From: Epiperipatus broadwayi
Lineage: Eukaryota; Animalia; Onychophora
DNA: 64,000 bases
Reading direction: 5' to 3'
Assembly: GCA_028023455.1 (NCBI GenBank)
Contig: JAQFVV010000004.1
Span: 7,874,001 to 7,938,000 of the forward strand
Each line of letters begins with the position of its first letter. Positions within the stretch are counted from its first letter, which is position 1. The translations under genes were made by a program, and so were the position numbers. Below are positions 38,474-50,761 of the stretch, piece after piece. The notes under the pieces are model-generated. The model made no database searches and was not told the origin of the DNA. It was given only the letters and a program-made list of their open reading frames with translations.

Positions 38474-40634
38474 ATATATATATGTGGATCTAAGGTATCC
38501 AGTTCTTTCCCCATGTTTAATAATTGTTCAGCATTGGTCTGAAACCTGAAGCTTTAGATATTAGAAATCTGTATCTATTGAGAGCTTAATTAAATGCTCA
38601 ATCTTAATATATATATATAAGCCACCTTAGTGCTGCATTTAGTAATATTTCTTGGACTAGCATATGCCCTTGTAAAATTGGCAAAATGTTAGAATAATAT
38701 TGGCATATTAAATGAAATAGGCATAACTTTATTAACTGCACATACCCACAGCTATTAAAATACATTAGCTGAGATCACTATAACATTTAGTCACATCCAC
38801 TGTTATGCCTGCATGCATTTAATTTCCCATATTCTTTATTATCACATTAATTGTTTTCGTTTTATTTTGATTTATTTTATTCATGAACCTATTTAAATTT
38901 AACCTCGTTTCATATTTTTTTTGTTGCTCACAATCCAAATTCCAATTCCATTAATATTGTGTATATGTTAAATATGCATTAGAGTTAAGTATTAGTAACT
39001 TTAGTTTAGTTAACTATTAGTATATTAATCTGTTGAAAATCTCTAGTTAGTTTTTGTATAATAATGTTTCAGAATCTCATGTCACTTTCTGTTTGGAGCC
39101 AGCTTGCAGAGGAAATTGAGATCCATTGAGACCCATGTGTAATTTCATAAATGTCATTCATAAGGTGTTAAGTCATGGCATACTGGTGAATGAGTTGAAG
39201 CTTGGTTGGATCTCATTTTGATCAGCTTTGGTGTATTTTATTTGGACTCTAGGTTTTGTTACATGAAAGTACAAATCTGACCTGTTACAATATGTTTAAG
39301 TTTCATTTGAGAATGATGTTTAGTAAATTCTAGATAATTTTGCTGACGTCATTCATTCAGACATTGTAAACAGTAATTTAAAGTGAGTGGTCTATCCTCA
39401 CGCTTTCACTTCCAGTACTTAAGATTTGCCCATATATAAGCATTTGGGTTGGAAAGAATAGATGGATTCATTTTATTCTTTCCTAAATACTATATCTTGT
39501 GTTGGGAGTCAAAGTATTCATTTATTATTAACACTCGTAAAAAGCACATGCACAATAGCTTGACAGGCTGATCTTTAATGTATTACAATTTATAAACATG
39601 CGCTATATAAAATAAATGCTTATTTAAATATGAGTACGAGTAATGAGTAGATTACTTTGTTTATTATTGCATTTGTATTATATTTATCCAGTGCTGGATT
39701 TATCTGTAGGCTTAGAAGGCTGAAGCCTAAAGCCTCAAAGTCTAAAAGCTCCATCCAAGTGATACAATATTTTTGATATTCTCATAAGACCTTTTTATAT
39801 ATATTGTAATAGTACACTTGTATTTCTAAGCAAATCTTTAGAAATTTATTTTGCATTTTATTTTATTTCATTTTGGATTTTATTATCTTAAGCTGATAGC
39901 TTACTATAGCTTTAATTTCTGTATTGTTTTTGTCTTTCCAAAAAATAAAGAAATAGATAAGCTAAAAACACAACTGTTCACATATCAGTATAGGATGTTG
40001 GAATTTTCATTAGTCAGGTTAGCAATAATTCTATGATTATTTTTACCATCTTACTGATGATAGAAAAATATATGCTTGTTTTGTAAATAGCTTTCAGATG
40101 GATATTTAATTCAGATTTTGCAATGTAATTGACAACAAAGAACAGCCCTGTGAAAAAAAAAAGCTTCTACAGAAGAAGATTCTTTTCTTAATTTTATTTT
40201 CATTAAAATATTTTTCTTTACAATAAACTATTAAAGATTAAGTTTACTATTTAATTTCAGGTTAAAATCTGACTGGGAATAAAAGATTTGGAAGTCATGT
40301 TATTAAAGTACCAAAAAGTGACTTAAAAATGATAAGATATAAAAGTTTTCAGACCCTTTATTGCTTTTTTGCATCAGCCTTTGATGGAAACAATAAGTGC
40401 CAGTAGTAGAATAGATACAATAAAACTAATACTAGCAAATAAATATAGTGAAGCCAGTATCAGATTTATACATAAACTAAATAAGAATGTCACTGGATCA
40501 ACGTTCTTTTTTTTAGAAATTAGTAAAAACATCAAACATTTTTATTGACAAAATTTATCAATTTATACATTTTATTATATTTTAAATATATTAATTACAT
40601 TTATAATTATAAATTTATTAAACGCACAATGATT

Positions 40635-40839
40635 ATGTAAGTAATATTTACTGAGGCTATAACCTCGATAATATGCGTATAAAATGCAATAGTAGGAACC
40701 TCTACAGGTGTTTTAACCACAAGCTTAACTCTTTTCTTCCATAGCATAAGCTTGTGATTAAAACACCTGTAGAGGTCCCTACTATCGCATTTTATACACA
40801 TATTATCGAGGTTATAGCCTCAGTAAATATTAATTACAT
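40635..40839. repeat. 205-bp near-perfect palindrome (93-bp arms, 19-nt loop)
   Basis: ATGTAAGTAATATTTACTGAGGCTATAACCTCGATAATATG...CACAAGCTTA-loop-TAAGCTTGTG...CAGTAAATATTAATTACAT. Confidence 0.9.
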
Positions 40840-41699
40840 TTATATGAAATTACAATGTTGTATTAACTAATTCAAATAATGATTCATTTTTATCAACGGT
40901 ACTATTAGGCTTAACACCATAAACATATTGAATGTTATTTAATTGTATTTCTAAGAAGTTCTTTATCAAATCGATAAAATGTTATTTGCACTACTCATAT
41001 ATATATATATGCATTGTGCTAGAAAGAAACTCATAAATGCTTAGGTTATGGCCTAGCCAATCTTAAATCCAGTTCTACATCCATTAGACATTTGCAATGA
41101 GTGCAATCATATCTATTACATAATTACAACTGCACAAGCTAATCTCATCATATGTCATTTTTTTAATAGCTGAGTTTCAATATTAAAATATAGCTACAAA
41201 GTTAAAGGTAATTTTTTTATTTAATTTAAAATATTGATTTATTTATTTAAAATTATAATAAAATTAAAATAAATCTTATGTATTATTTGATATAATGCAC
41301 GTCATTCTCAAATCTCATTATCACTATTAGTTCATTATTTAAATAAATCACACATTATAATATAAAATAAAATATCACATGATCACCAGGGTGGCACTAC
41401 TATATGGAGAGTTTTGCATTGTTTATAAAATAAAATAGTTTTATATAACAACAATAATTATATATATATATAATAAAAACACTATGGAATGCTTTTTTTT
41501 GGCAAATATTATTAACTCTTTTCATGGCAAATATTAGTAATTCTCTTCAATGTTATAAAACAATTTTATAGCTTCAATTCACATTGCATACATAGCAACA
41601 TCTATCTTTTTTATTTATAAAAATAACTGGAAGCAAATTTAACAATAAAGCAATATATAGAAAGAAAAAATCCCTGGTACATTTTATATAATTTTTCCT

Positions 41700-42190
41700 T
41701 CATTTTTCATCAGCCAATTATTAATTAAATTAATTGATGTATTATGTATATTGTTACAGTAATGTTTATTGTAATTAACAATTTATTTTATATATTTTCC
41801 TTCTATTAGGTTCTTTAATATAGTTTAAAGACTTTATATATTTTACACAATCTATTTTTAAATAATAAATGTATAATGCAGATTTATCATCTCTATTAAT
41901 TATATTATTATGTTCTTTTGCTCTATCATCTAATTGTTTTCCTGTATGTCCATAGTGTATCATATTGCAATTTCCACAACTAATTTTATATACAATTCCT
42001 TTTTTATATTTCATATTATTTTTTATTTTATAATTATTTACTAATTTTCCTAGATTTTTATTCTCTGGCTATCCTAAGTTATGTTTTTATTTATATATCA
42101 TATTATTAAATCTCAACATTAATAAGGTGTTGTCCTTTATTAAAGTGTCTTATGTTAATAACCATCATTCAACTGAGTAAGATAATAATG
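41700..42190 (-). pseudogene. Decayed Penelope-like GIY-YIG fragment
   Basis: ORF 41775-42014: KGIVYKISCGNCNMIHYGHTGKQLDDRAKEH...DKSAL; CTGATGA remnant at the 3' side (~41707-41713). Confidence 0.75.
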
Positions 42191-43405
42191 AAATATATTT
42201 GGGAATAAAATCTATGAATAAATATGTATAGATGAGATTTATGTGATGTGTTTTTGCTAGTGCCCAAGTCTGTAGAGCAATAATGCATGTATCTTTTATG
42301 TAGTATTTATTCATTACCTGAATATATATAATTCTATTGTAAATCATTTAATTAATAGGCAATTTGAGATATGATGTGCAAAAAAGCTCCCTTTTTACCA
42401 ATTCAGTCATTCATTTGCTGCATTTGTTAAAAATTAGTAAAAACATACGTTGTAAATGGCTACTATAATATCTATATTAGAGAATATGCTAATCTTATTT
42501 GAAAAGTTTTGTATGTCTAAGTATTATTATTGTAGAATACAGTGAAGTCACAAACTATGCCATATCAAGATACATAACTTTAATGCATGTTACCCCCCCC
42601 AATGTAAATAAACAAATAAAAATGTAAATAAGCAAATAAAAGTAAACATTAAAATTTGTAAATTTAATATATTTTGACACATAAGAAGACATTTTTCCAT
42701 CTATGAACAATGTATATAATCACATTTAAAAACAAATTAAAATTGCAAATAAATTTTACACTATGCTAGCGGCCATTTTTCCAACTTGGGAGTGTTGTAA
42801 GTGATCATGGTTGTTAATAAAATTTCTTCACCTTATGTTGAAAGTACATACATTTTATTTTTCATTTATTTTAAGAATTTTATGTGCAGTATTTTGTGTA
42901 GTAGAATAATTTCTAAGCATGATGCTAACAATTTTATAAAATTTAAGAACTTACTTAAAGTTGATATTAACATAAAAATATCAAAACAATTAGTGTGTTT
43001 CTTGACAATGAGACTACTATTATATTTCTATAAGGAAAAAAAAGTTATTGAAAAACAAAAGAATATCACTCAGACTGCATTTAATTGCTATAAAAATCAA
43101 CATTTTGCTATTCATTTTATTTAAAAATACAGTATACTAAGTAGGTTTCTTATTCTTATTTTTTCATTGAATGAGTGAGTGAACACATATTCAATAAAAT
43201 CTGTGTAAATGTGTTGCATCTCTTTATTACTAATACAATTTTGTTAACACTATACTCTTTGAAATACAAGCATTCTTCACATAATTGGAGCTTAATTGTA
43301 AGTGTAGGGTATTTGAACACAAACTTTCAAGCACCTTTCAACTATACACACTATCTAATACCACTGATACACATGACCACACACATGTAGAAAAGATAAA
43401 TTATC

Positions 43406-43448
43406 ACCAACATAATATTTCATGCTAAACCAGCACTCATCAATTGGT
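43406..43448 (-). ncRNA. Family A hammerhead, decayed
   Basis: ACCAA-TTGATGA-GTGCTG-gtt-TAGCAT-GAAA-TATTATG-TTGGT. Confidence 0.65.
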
Positions 43449-43521
43449 CCAGATTATCATCTCTCACACATATATAATCAGTGCTCAATTTATATTAAGA
43501 TAGCAAATCTTCATACATTAA

Positions 43522-44287
43522 CCCTTTCAACGATTATTATTTAATTGGCCGAATGAGTTAAAAATCAAAACTTGTAATTGGCCAACTCACAACTTTAGCA
43601 AAATCTATTGTTAAAATAGATCACTTTTAATAATATAAATACGTTAGTTTCGTTTGTAAAAAGTATATTACTGAATTCTCAGATTACGAAAGCAAACGAA
43701 AATCTTTTCAAAAATAAAATTTGATTTATAATTTAAAAAATATTCAATTGCGGTGAAATAAAAGTAACCGCTATTCAACCAACCAAAAAAGATTGCGTCA
43801 GCAATCTTTTTTTTTTCACTTTAACGTTACGATCAATATGTAGCAATAAATAAATAATTCTTGGTAATATCTTAACTATTTTTCTAAAATAATTTGATTT
43901 TTTAGTATTATTTTATCAATAATAATTTGTAATTCAATTCAAATATTGTTTAAAATGTTGTAAACATTCGTTTATCATTTTCATAATAAAAATCAAAACG
44001 AACATAACTTTTTACTTTTTGGCAGCCATTTCCCTTTCTGACAGAAGTGGGACAGCCAATAAGATTCAAGAAAAGTTGGTGAGGAGGCGGTGCTTTGGTT
44101 TTGTTTGACATATATGGTCATTTTTATTGATTTTTTACTTGTAAAATAACTCTGAAGAGGGCACCATCTTACAGAACTTTTGATTTTCTTTCGAATGACA
44201 TATAATATGTATACGTGCGATAAAAAGTAGCCGATTTAGAGTGATGTCAAATCTTCTCATTTTTAGACGAGTCATAAATTTTAAGCG
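43522..44287. mobile_element. 766-bp non-autonomous piggyBac-like insertion with TTAA TSD
   Basis: TTAA-CCCTTTC ... AAGCG-TTAA; flanks rejoin to the family A sequence CTTCATACA-TTAA-TGGACAGGCTTCAATC. Right TIR is poorly conserved. Confidence 0.7.
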
Positions 44288-44541
44288 TTAATGTATAGCC
44301 TTCAATCTACTCCAAATCTTCAACCATCCATACCAGTGAAAATTTGATAATGAAATACCCAAATCCCAAGCTAATGCCAATATTATTGCCATGCTCATGT
44401 TGACTTCAAGTCCTCTGACCCCTCATGTATAGGATCTTATCCATTTAAATATATAGAAGAGGGATGAGAATGATACACGCTTAATATGTAATATTTGAAA
44501 TACAAGGACATATTATATATGTATGAGAGATAATAATCTGG

Positions 44542-44585
44542 ACCAACTGATAAGTGCTGGTTTAGCATGAAATATGTACCTTGGT
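44542..44585 (+). ncRNA. Family A hammerhead, core mutated
   Basis: ACCAA-CTGATAA-GTGCTG-gtt-TAGCAT-GAAA-TATGTACC-TTGGT (G8>A; cleavage triplet lost). Confidence 0.65.
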
Positions 44586-45017
44586 GATTTATTTTTTCTA
44601 CATGTGTGTGGTCATGTGTATCAGTGATATGAGATCATGTGGATAGTTAAAGGGTGCTTGAAAGTCTGTGTTCAAATCCTCTACTTTTACAATTAAGCTA
44701 GCTCCAGGTATGTGAAGAATGCCTGTATGTCAAATATTACATATTAAGCCTGTATCCTGCCCATCCCTTTCTATGTATTTAAATGGATAAGATCCTATGT
44801 ATGAGGGGTCAGAGTGACTTGAGGTCAACATGGGCATGGCCCATAATATTGGCATCAGCATGGGATTTGGGTATTCCATCATCAGATTTTCAATGGTATG
44901 GATGACTGAAGATTTGGAGGTTAGAGTAGATTGAAGCCTGTCCATTAATGTATGAAGAGTTGCTATCTTAATATAAACTGAGCACTGATTATATATGTGT
45001 GAAAGATGATAATCTGG

Positions 45018-45061
45018 ACCAACTGATGAGTGCTGATTCAGTATGAAATATGTAAATTGGT
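45018..45061 (+). ncRNA. Family A hammerhead, U16.1 lost
   Basis: ACCAA-CTGATGA-GTGCTG-att-CAGTAT-GAAA-TATGTAAA-TTGGT. Confidence 0.7.
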
Positions 45062-46689
45062 GATTATTTATTTTTTCTACATGTATGTGGTCATGTGTAT
45101 CAGTGGAATGAGATAGTGTGGATGATTGAAGAGTGTTTGAAAGTCTATGTTCAAATCCCCTACATTTACACTATAATCTTAATTTATACATATTATAAAT
45201 ATAAAAAAAGCATGTGTGTTATATATGTGTGTTGAAAAGTACATTACCCTTGAATTTCAATAAACAATATGTTTTCTATTCTAATCAAACTTTATTAATA
45301 AAAAGGAAATGATGTGTATAAGATGATCATGGGACAAATTATAGCAGTCGTCATGTGCCCATTGTTTACACACACACTTGTAGAAGTGTATTATATTTTT
45401 GTTTTTCTGCAGTAATGGAATTTAATTTTTGAATTTAAATTCTCATCACTTTAAGAAAATGTTTTACCATTTACTATACTAACATTTGATTCAATTTCAT
45501 CGTAATAATTTTTTTGTGTTAAATTAAAAGAAAAAAGAAAGTTTTTTTTATTTTATGTATATATATAAAAAATTAATAAATGAAGAAAAATTTATAAATG
45601 TTTACCTGTGGAAAATTTTATCAGGTTTACATAAGAATGTCTGGCCTTAAAAATAATGATAAACGATCTAAAAATCAAATTGTACATATATAGCAAAAGT
45701 GAGACAAATACAATTTCCTAAAGCATAAAAAATAAATTTTAATTTCCTGACTAAAGAAAAGTATATTATTAAAAGAAAAAAAAAGACCAGAAAATAAAAT
45801 AGGTATTTTATCAGCAAAAAACCAGTTCACAGCTATTATTTAAATGATAGCTATATATATAAAACACGCAAATAACTATAAAGTTAAACGAATGTTTCGA
45901 AAAAAAGTTAAACGAATGAGAATATAGTTAATTCAAGTTATAATATCGCATTTTCATTTTAGTATTTTAATTTCGAAAATAGATATGTAAATGATAGGTT
46001 TATCTATTATTGCAACTGATAACCAATCTCATTATTTCAAAAATTCAGCTGAATAAAGTATGAAATAAAAGAATATCATCAATAAGTTCATTTTTAATAA
46101 AACGAGTTTAATAATTTTTTTTAAGCAAATCGTTTATAAATATTTCAACTTATCTTCTATAAATAATAACGTAGCTTAAACCACGGCGCATGCGCTTTAC
46201 AGATGAAACGCTATTTATATTCTATAAATCTTCTATATTTATCTTCTATAGTAAATGGAATATCCAACTATACTTAGGAAGTTAAATAAGAATAGGAAGT
46301 TGTTAAATTATCACTATTTTGCAATTGACCAAGCTGGTGATTTGCCTTTTTGTCATTATTCCTTTTTGAAGATCTATTTGATAAACTTTCGCTTGCAATA
46401 GACCATGCAAAAATAAATGATTTTAAAACGTAATAATTCGCATCAATTAAAAATAAATATTCATAATCTTATTTCAAGATGAAGTTCAAGAGTTTTTTTT
46501 TTGCACTTGTATAAGCAAAAAAAAAAAAACAAACATCAAATTGCAGAAATAGATTAAAACTAAAGTTTGTAAATGCTTTAGAATATACTAATAATATAAA
46601 TTGATCATAAAATTTTTTATATTTAAACTCACAAATATCTATAAAATTAATTTTGAATCCTAAATATTATTTTTATTAAAGATTAGGTA

Positions 46690-48800
46690 AAAAGGCCTGT
46701 TAAATTGGACATTCTGTAAATATATAACACAGTTTGTGATCTTCCACATTAAAAGTTTAAAGAGTCTACACATCCCCACACATGCAACATATAGCAATAT
46801 CTACCCTGGTCTGTTCTGATTCTGTTAATCTTCGACCAGAATTTTCTTGGAAAGAAAAAAACAGGCAATTGGAGAGCAGCGTCAGCTGTTAGAGTACTAT
46901 TATTTATAGTGAAGTTATTTCGATCATGTGTCCACATTCTGTTGATATCCAAAGTGGGTGGCTGCTGAGAATTACCAGTGAGCCAAAAAGACTGCCTTGA
47001 TTTTAGCCTGACATTTGGACAGTTCAGAATGAGATTGATTGGATAATTTGATAGCTCAGCAAGCTTGTTGAATTCATTGATAGTTTCCAACCTGCATCTG
47101 AGGTTAATTGAAGAGATATTTGAAAATACAGGTACCATTTGACTAGTGTTGATTTAAGAATGACAGAAATAATATGCAAAGTTTCGTTAATTTGAGTATC
47201 TAAAAACTTTTGCACCATACTGAAGAGCAGCACTCGGCCACTGAATAAACAAGTGCTAATCCTCAAGATCTAAGAATGTCAGCATTAGAGTCCCATGTAT
47301 TGTTTGCAAGCTGGAGATGATATTCTTGGGGAAGGCTTCTTTTTTATACCAGTAAGATGAAGTTTAAAGGAAAGAGTTTGATCCAATTTAATTCCCAAGT
47401 ATTTTGGGTGTGACTGATTTGTAACTTTTAAGTTACAGAAATTAACATGGCATTTTTGTCACTAGTTCATTATAGAGGTAAAAACAAGTGGAAACTGTTT
47501 CCCTGGACTAGGCTTGATATGCCAAAAATTAAAATAATCTTCAGGTACATTTATATCAGAGTTTAGATTACTTTTAATGTCATTGAAAGTGTATCCTCTG
47601 AAAGTAAGGCCAATGTCATCAGCATAGATGAACTTTTTTGAAGCTGTGCTAGGAAGATTGTAAATATACCAGTTGAAAAGGTTTAGATAGAAAATTGACC
47701 CCTGCAGTTTTGGTCAAAAACTACCCTAAATTTTATTTTTGAAAACACTTCCCATGAGTATAAAGGTAGATTTGCACTTGATGATCTTACTTACTTAGTA
47801 GATTATCCCCTTCCTTCAAACAGGATCAAAAGCAGAGCTAAGGTCAATGAATACAATACTTGTTTTGTAATGAAGTTGAAAAACTTCCTCAATAAATATG
47901 GTGAGCAAGAAAACCTGATCAAAGCAGTTTCAATTTGGTCTAAAATCAGACTATTCTATAGCAAAATCAGGCTCAAGAATTGATGATAGTCTTTCCAGAA
48001 GAATTCATTTAAAAAGTTTGTAAGTGCAGCTTAGGAGAGAAATAGAATCAAATTTCTTAACAGTATTCGATGACTTCCCTGGTTTAGAAATGACAATAAT
48101 TTTGGCCAATTTCCAATTTTCAGGTATATAAAAACTTGACAAAATATTTGTATAAAGTGTGGCATGCCATTTAATTATTCTAACATCCATGTGTTTGAGA
48201 AAGGCAAGAAAGATGTAGGCACACATGTAACAGTTTTGGTCAACTTTAGGGTATTAGCCACATCTTCAGAGAAAACTTCTGCACTAAGTAAGGTTGATTT
48301 TGCAATAGCTGATTCCAGTTACCTGGAATAGAGATCTTAGAAAGATTAGATATAACTGGACTTGCCTGTTTAACGTGCTTTGCAATGTGATTAGGTGAAA
48401 TTTCATATGTTGATAATGGATTTTCACTAACACCCATTTTTTTATTATCTTGATTAATGATTTTGTATTTATCTGATAAAAGACTGATATGCATGTGTAA
48501 TTTCAAATACCTTTTTTACCATTTATCTTAAATATCTTATTTTGTCATTGCATTCTTTCAAGCATCTGATACATCTTAGCAATTAGATATGTGGGATTTT
48601 AATTTGAGAATAATTTTTCTATTTTCCCAACTGCTTCTTTTAAGATATTGATTATAATTACATAATTTCCTGGAGAGGGAGGTCCCTTCTTCATAAACTT
48701 AAATGCATATTTTACTTCTTTATTTAAACTACTGAGCTATTCATATTATATAGTAATTGTAGAAGATACTTTGTTTTCTTGTTCTTCATTATTGTATAAT
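46690..48800 (-). pseudogene. Decayed Ingi/Vingi-like LINE reverse transcriptase
   Basis: IPENWKLAKIIVISKPGK..SISLLSCTYKLF, FIDLSSAFD, FIYADDIG, LGIKLDQTLSF, LALVYSVAE, RLKSR, FPRKFWSKINRIRTDQGRYCYMLHVWG, CGRSQTV; many stops and frameshifts. Confidence 0.82.
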
Positions 48801-50506
48801 TTTTATTAAACTCTTCAGTAAATTTCATAATGTCTGCAGTTATAAGTACCTAAATCAAAGGTTGTCATAAAATGGCACCCTGGGTACACAATCAGTGGAT
48901 TCTTAGGAACTATCATATCTTCAGATGCCAATTTCTGTCTTAGTGATTTTATACCCTTCTGAGAAATAAGTGCTATAATTTACTTTATCTGTCATGATTA
49001 TAAATATCTATTTAAAAAAATCATTACACATGCACACATTCTTCTTGCCTTTAAAAAAAAGATATTTCAATTTAAAACTATCAGGGATTTAAATAACCCA
49101 ATGATATAGGAATTGAATTCATAGAAACAGATTAAATAGATACTTTCAAGACAGTTATAGCAAGTATAACCTTCCTGAATAAATTAGCAAAAAATTCAGT
49201 TATAGAAAGCTTATAGTTTAAATACCAGAAAGACATATAAATTAATACTTGCATTGTAATGAAATAAAAAATAGACTTTCAATGTCGGTGTTGCATTTTT
49301 TGACTTAGAATTTTGTAACCTTCTGATATTATAGCAGTTAAAATGCTTCATGATAAGCATATGATTCAGTAAAAATAAAAGTTCCAGCACTTCTAATGTT
49401 TAAACTTTTTAAAAACTCCAAGCAATAAACAATTTGATATTTTTTTAATGAAAACATATGAAATATTAATATGAGTCAAGTGTGATTAATTCTAAAAGTG
49501 AGCAAAGATCTCAATAATTTTTTTAAGCAAAAGGGAGTATATCTGAATCATCTCCACAACATTCTTGGAAAATAAGTTTCTGACATTCACATACTATACA
49601 GAATAATGATTTTAACTCTTGAAGAGAAAATAAGAATAAATGTTCAAGACTATTAGAGTCAAAATTTCCATGTAAGTAATTAAAAAATAGAAATATGGTT
49701 GCACAAACAAGCAAACACTTGATCATAGTTAATTTAATTGGAATACAGCATTGTAAAATATATCTGCTGTATAGGGTCAATATGGTATTATTTATTACTG
49801 TATTCTTAGTCAAAATTTGTTCCAAGTTAAATAAAGAACCCTTGATATACAATATAGGCAGATGTAATTAGTAGAGTTTATTTATGTATGTATTTTATTT
49901 ATGATCATTTAAAATTACTTTTATATATTGACGATTAATCAATATGTATATATTCATTCTCTACAATTGTTTTTTTTCCTAATTACTCAAATATCGATGC
50001 CTGTCTACTAATATTTAAAATTAATTTACACAGGTAAAAGACTTTACCTGGCACTTCATAGTGGCTTATGTTTTTAAGGGTAACTATTTTTTTAAATAAA
50101 AAAAAGTGTATATATATAATGATTACATTAACATTTTTAACCGGAGGGGGGGGGGGTGAACGGGTAGTGGTAATTATTTAATTTATGAAATATATTCAAT
50201 TTATAATTATTTTCCTGAATTCAGATCATTAATCAATTTAAAAAATAGATAAATTGACAATTCGCTTGAAACAAATATGTTTATATTATATACAGTAATT
50301 TGTATTTTAAATATATATTGTTTTATTACACCATAGGTGGAAATCTATAAAATTACATAGAGAATTCTAAGTTAAATTTTTATAATTTAAATATAAATAT
50401 TGGATTCATACAACAATAATGTGTATTATAAACTGAAGTGGATGTTGACTAATTTTTTTCTACCTATAAAAGTAAATTCCAATGGTATTATAGTTAGGTT
50501 GATAAT

Positions 50507-50761
50507 AATGATGAAATTTATAAATGGAATTGATATTTAATCCAGATCTAAATAATATAATATTACTTATTAAATAATAATTAATTACTAGTTTGGTTTA
50601 TAATAGAATTATTGCAGTGCAAATTTAATATTTATTTATTTAATTTGATTCGTGATAAATTAAATAAGACACTAATTATATAATTGATTATTTCATAAAT
50701 AATATTGTATTATTTTGATCTGGATTAAGCATCAATTTTACTCCTAAATTTCAACATCATT
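50507..50761. mobile_element. MITE-like foldback
   Basis: AATTGATATTTAATCCAGATCTAAATAATATAATATTA pairs with TAATATTGTATTATTTTGATCTGGATTAAGCATCAATT; outer arms are imperfect. Confidence 0.6.

Larger units (their letters stand above)
35400..39300 (-). pseudogene. Decayed LINE 3' half, copy 2, interrupted by the LTR-like insert
   Basis: Matches to copy 1 at 35420/32700, 35990/33610, 38490/34020 and 39140/34640. Confidence 0.45.
43258..45180. mobile_element. Family A retrozyme-like array: one monomer (minus sense) joined head-to-head to ~1.4 tandem monomers (plus sense)
   Basis: Left monomer is bounded by the direct repeat TTTGAAATACAAG (43258-43270, 44494-44506) and is 466 nt once the insert is removed. 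Right-hand hammerhead cleavage positions 44580 and 45056 are 476 nt apart. Confidence 0.8.

Noticed and set aside
42766-42781. YY1-like GCGGCCATTTT (also AATGGCGGCC near 15456)
   Set aside because: Isolated motif without CpG island, start-site or downstream gene evidence.
44730-44945. 71-aa ORF inside family A
   Set aside because: Not conserved as an open frame in the other copies and has no recognisable motif.
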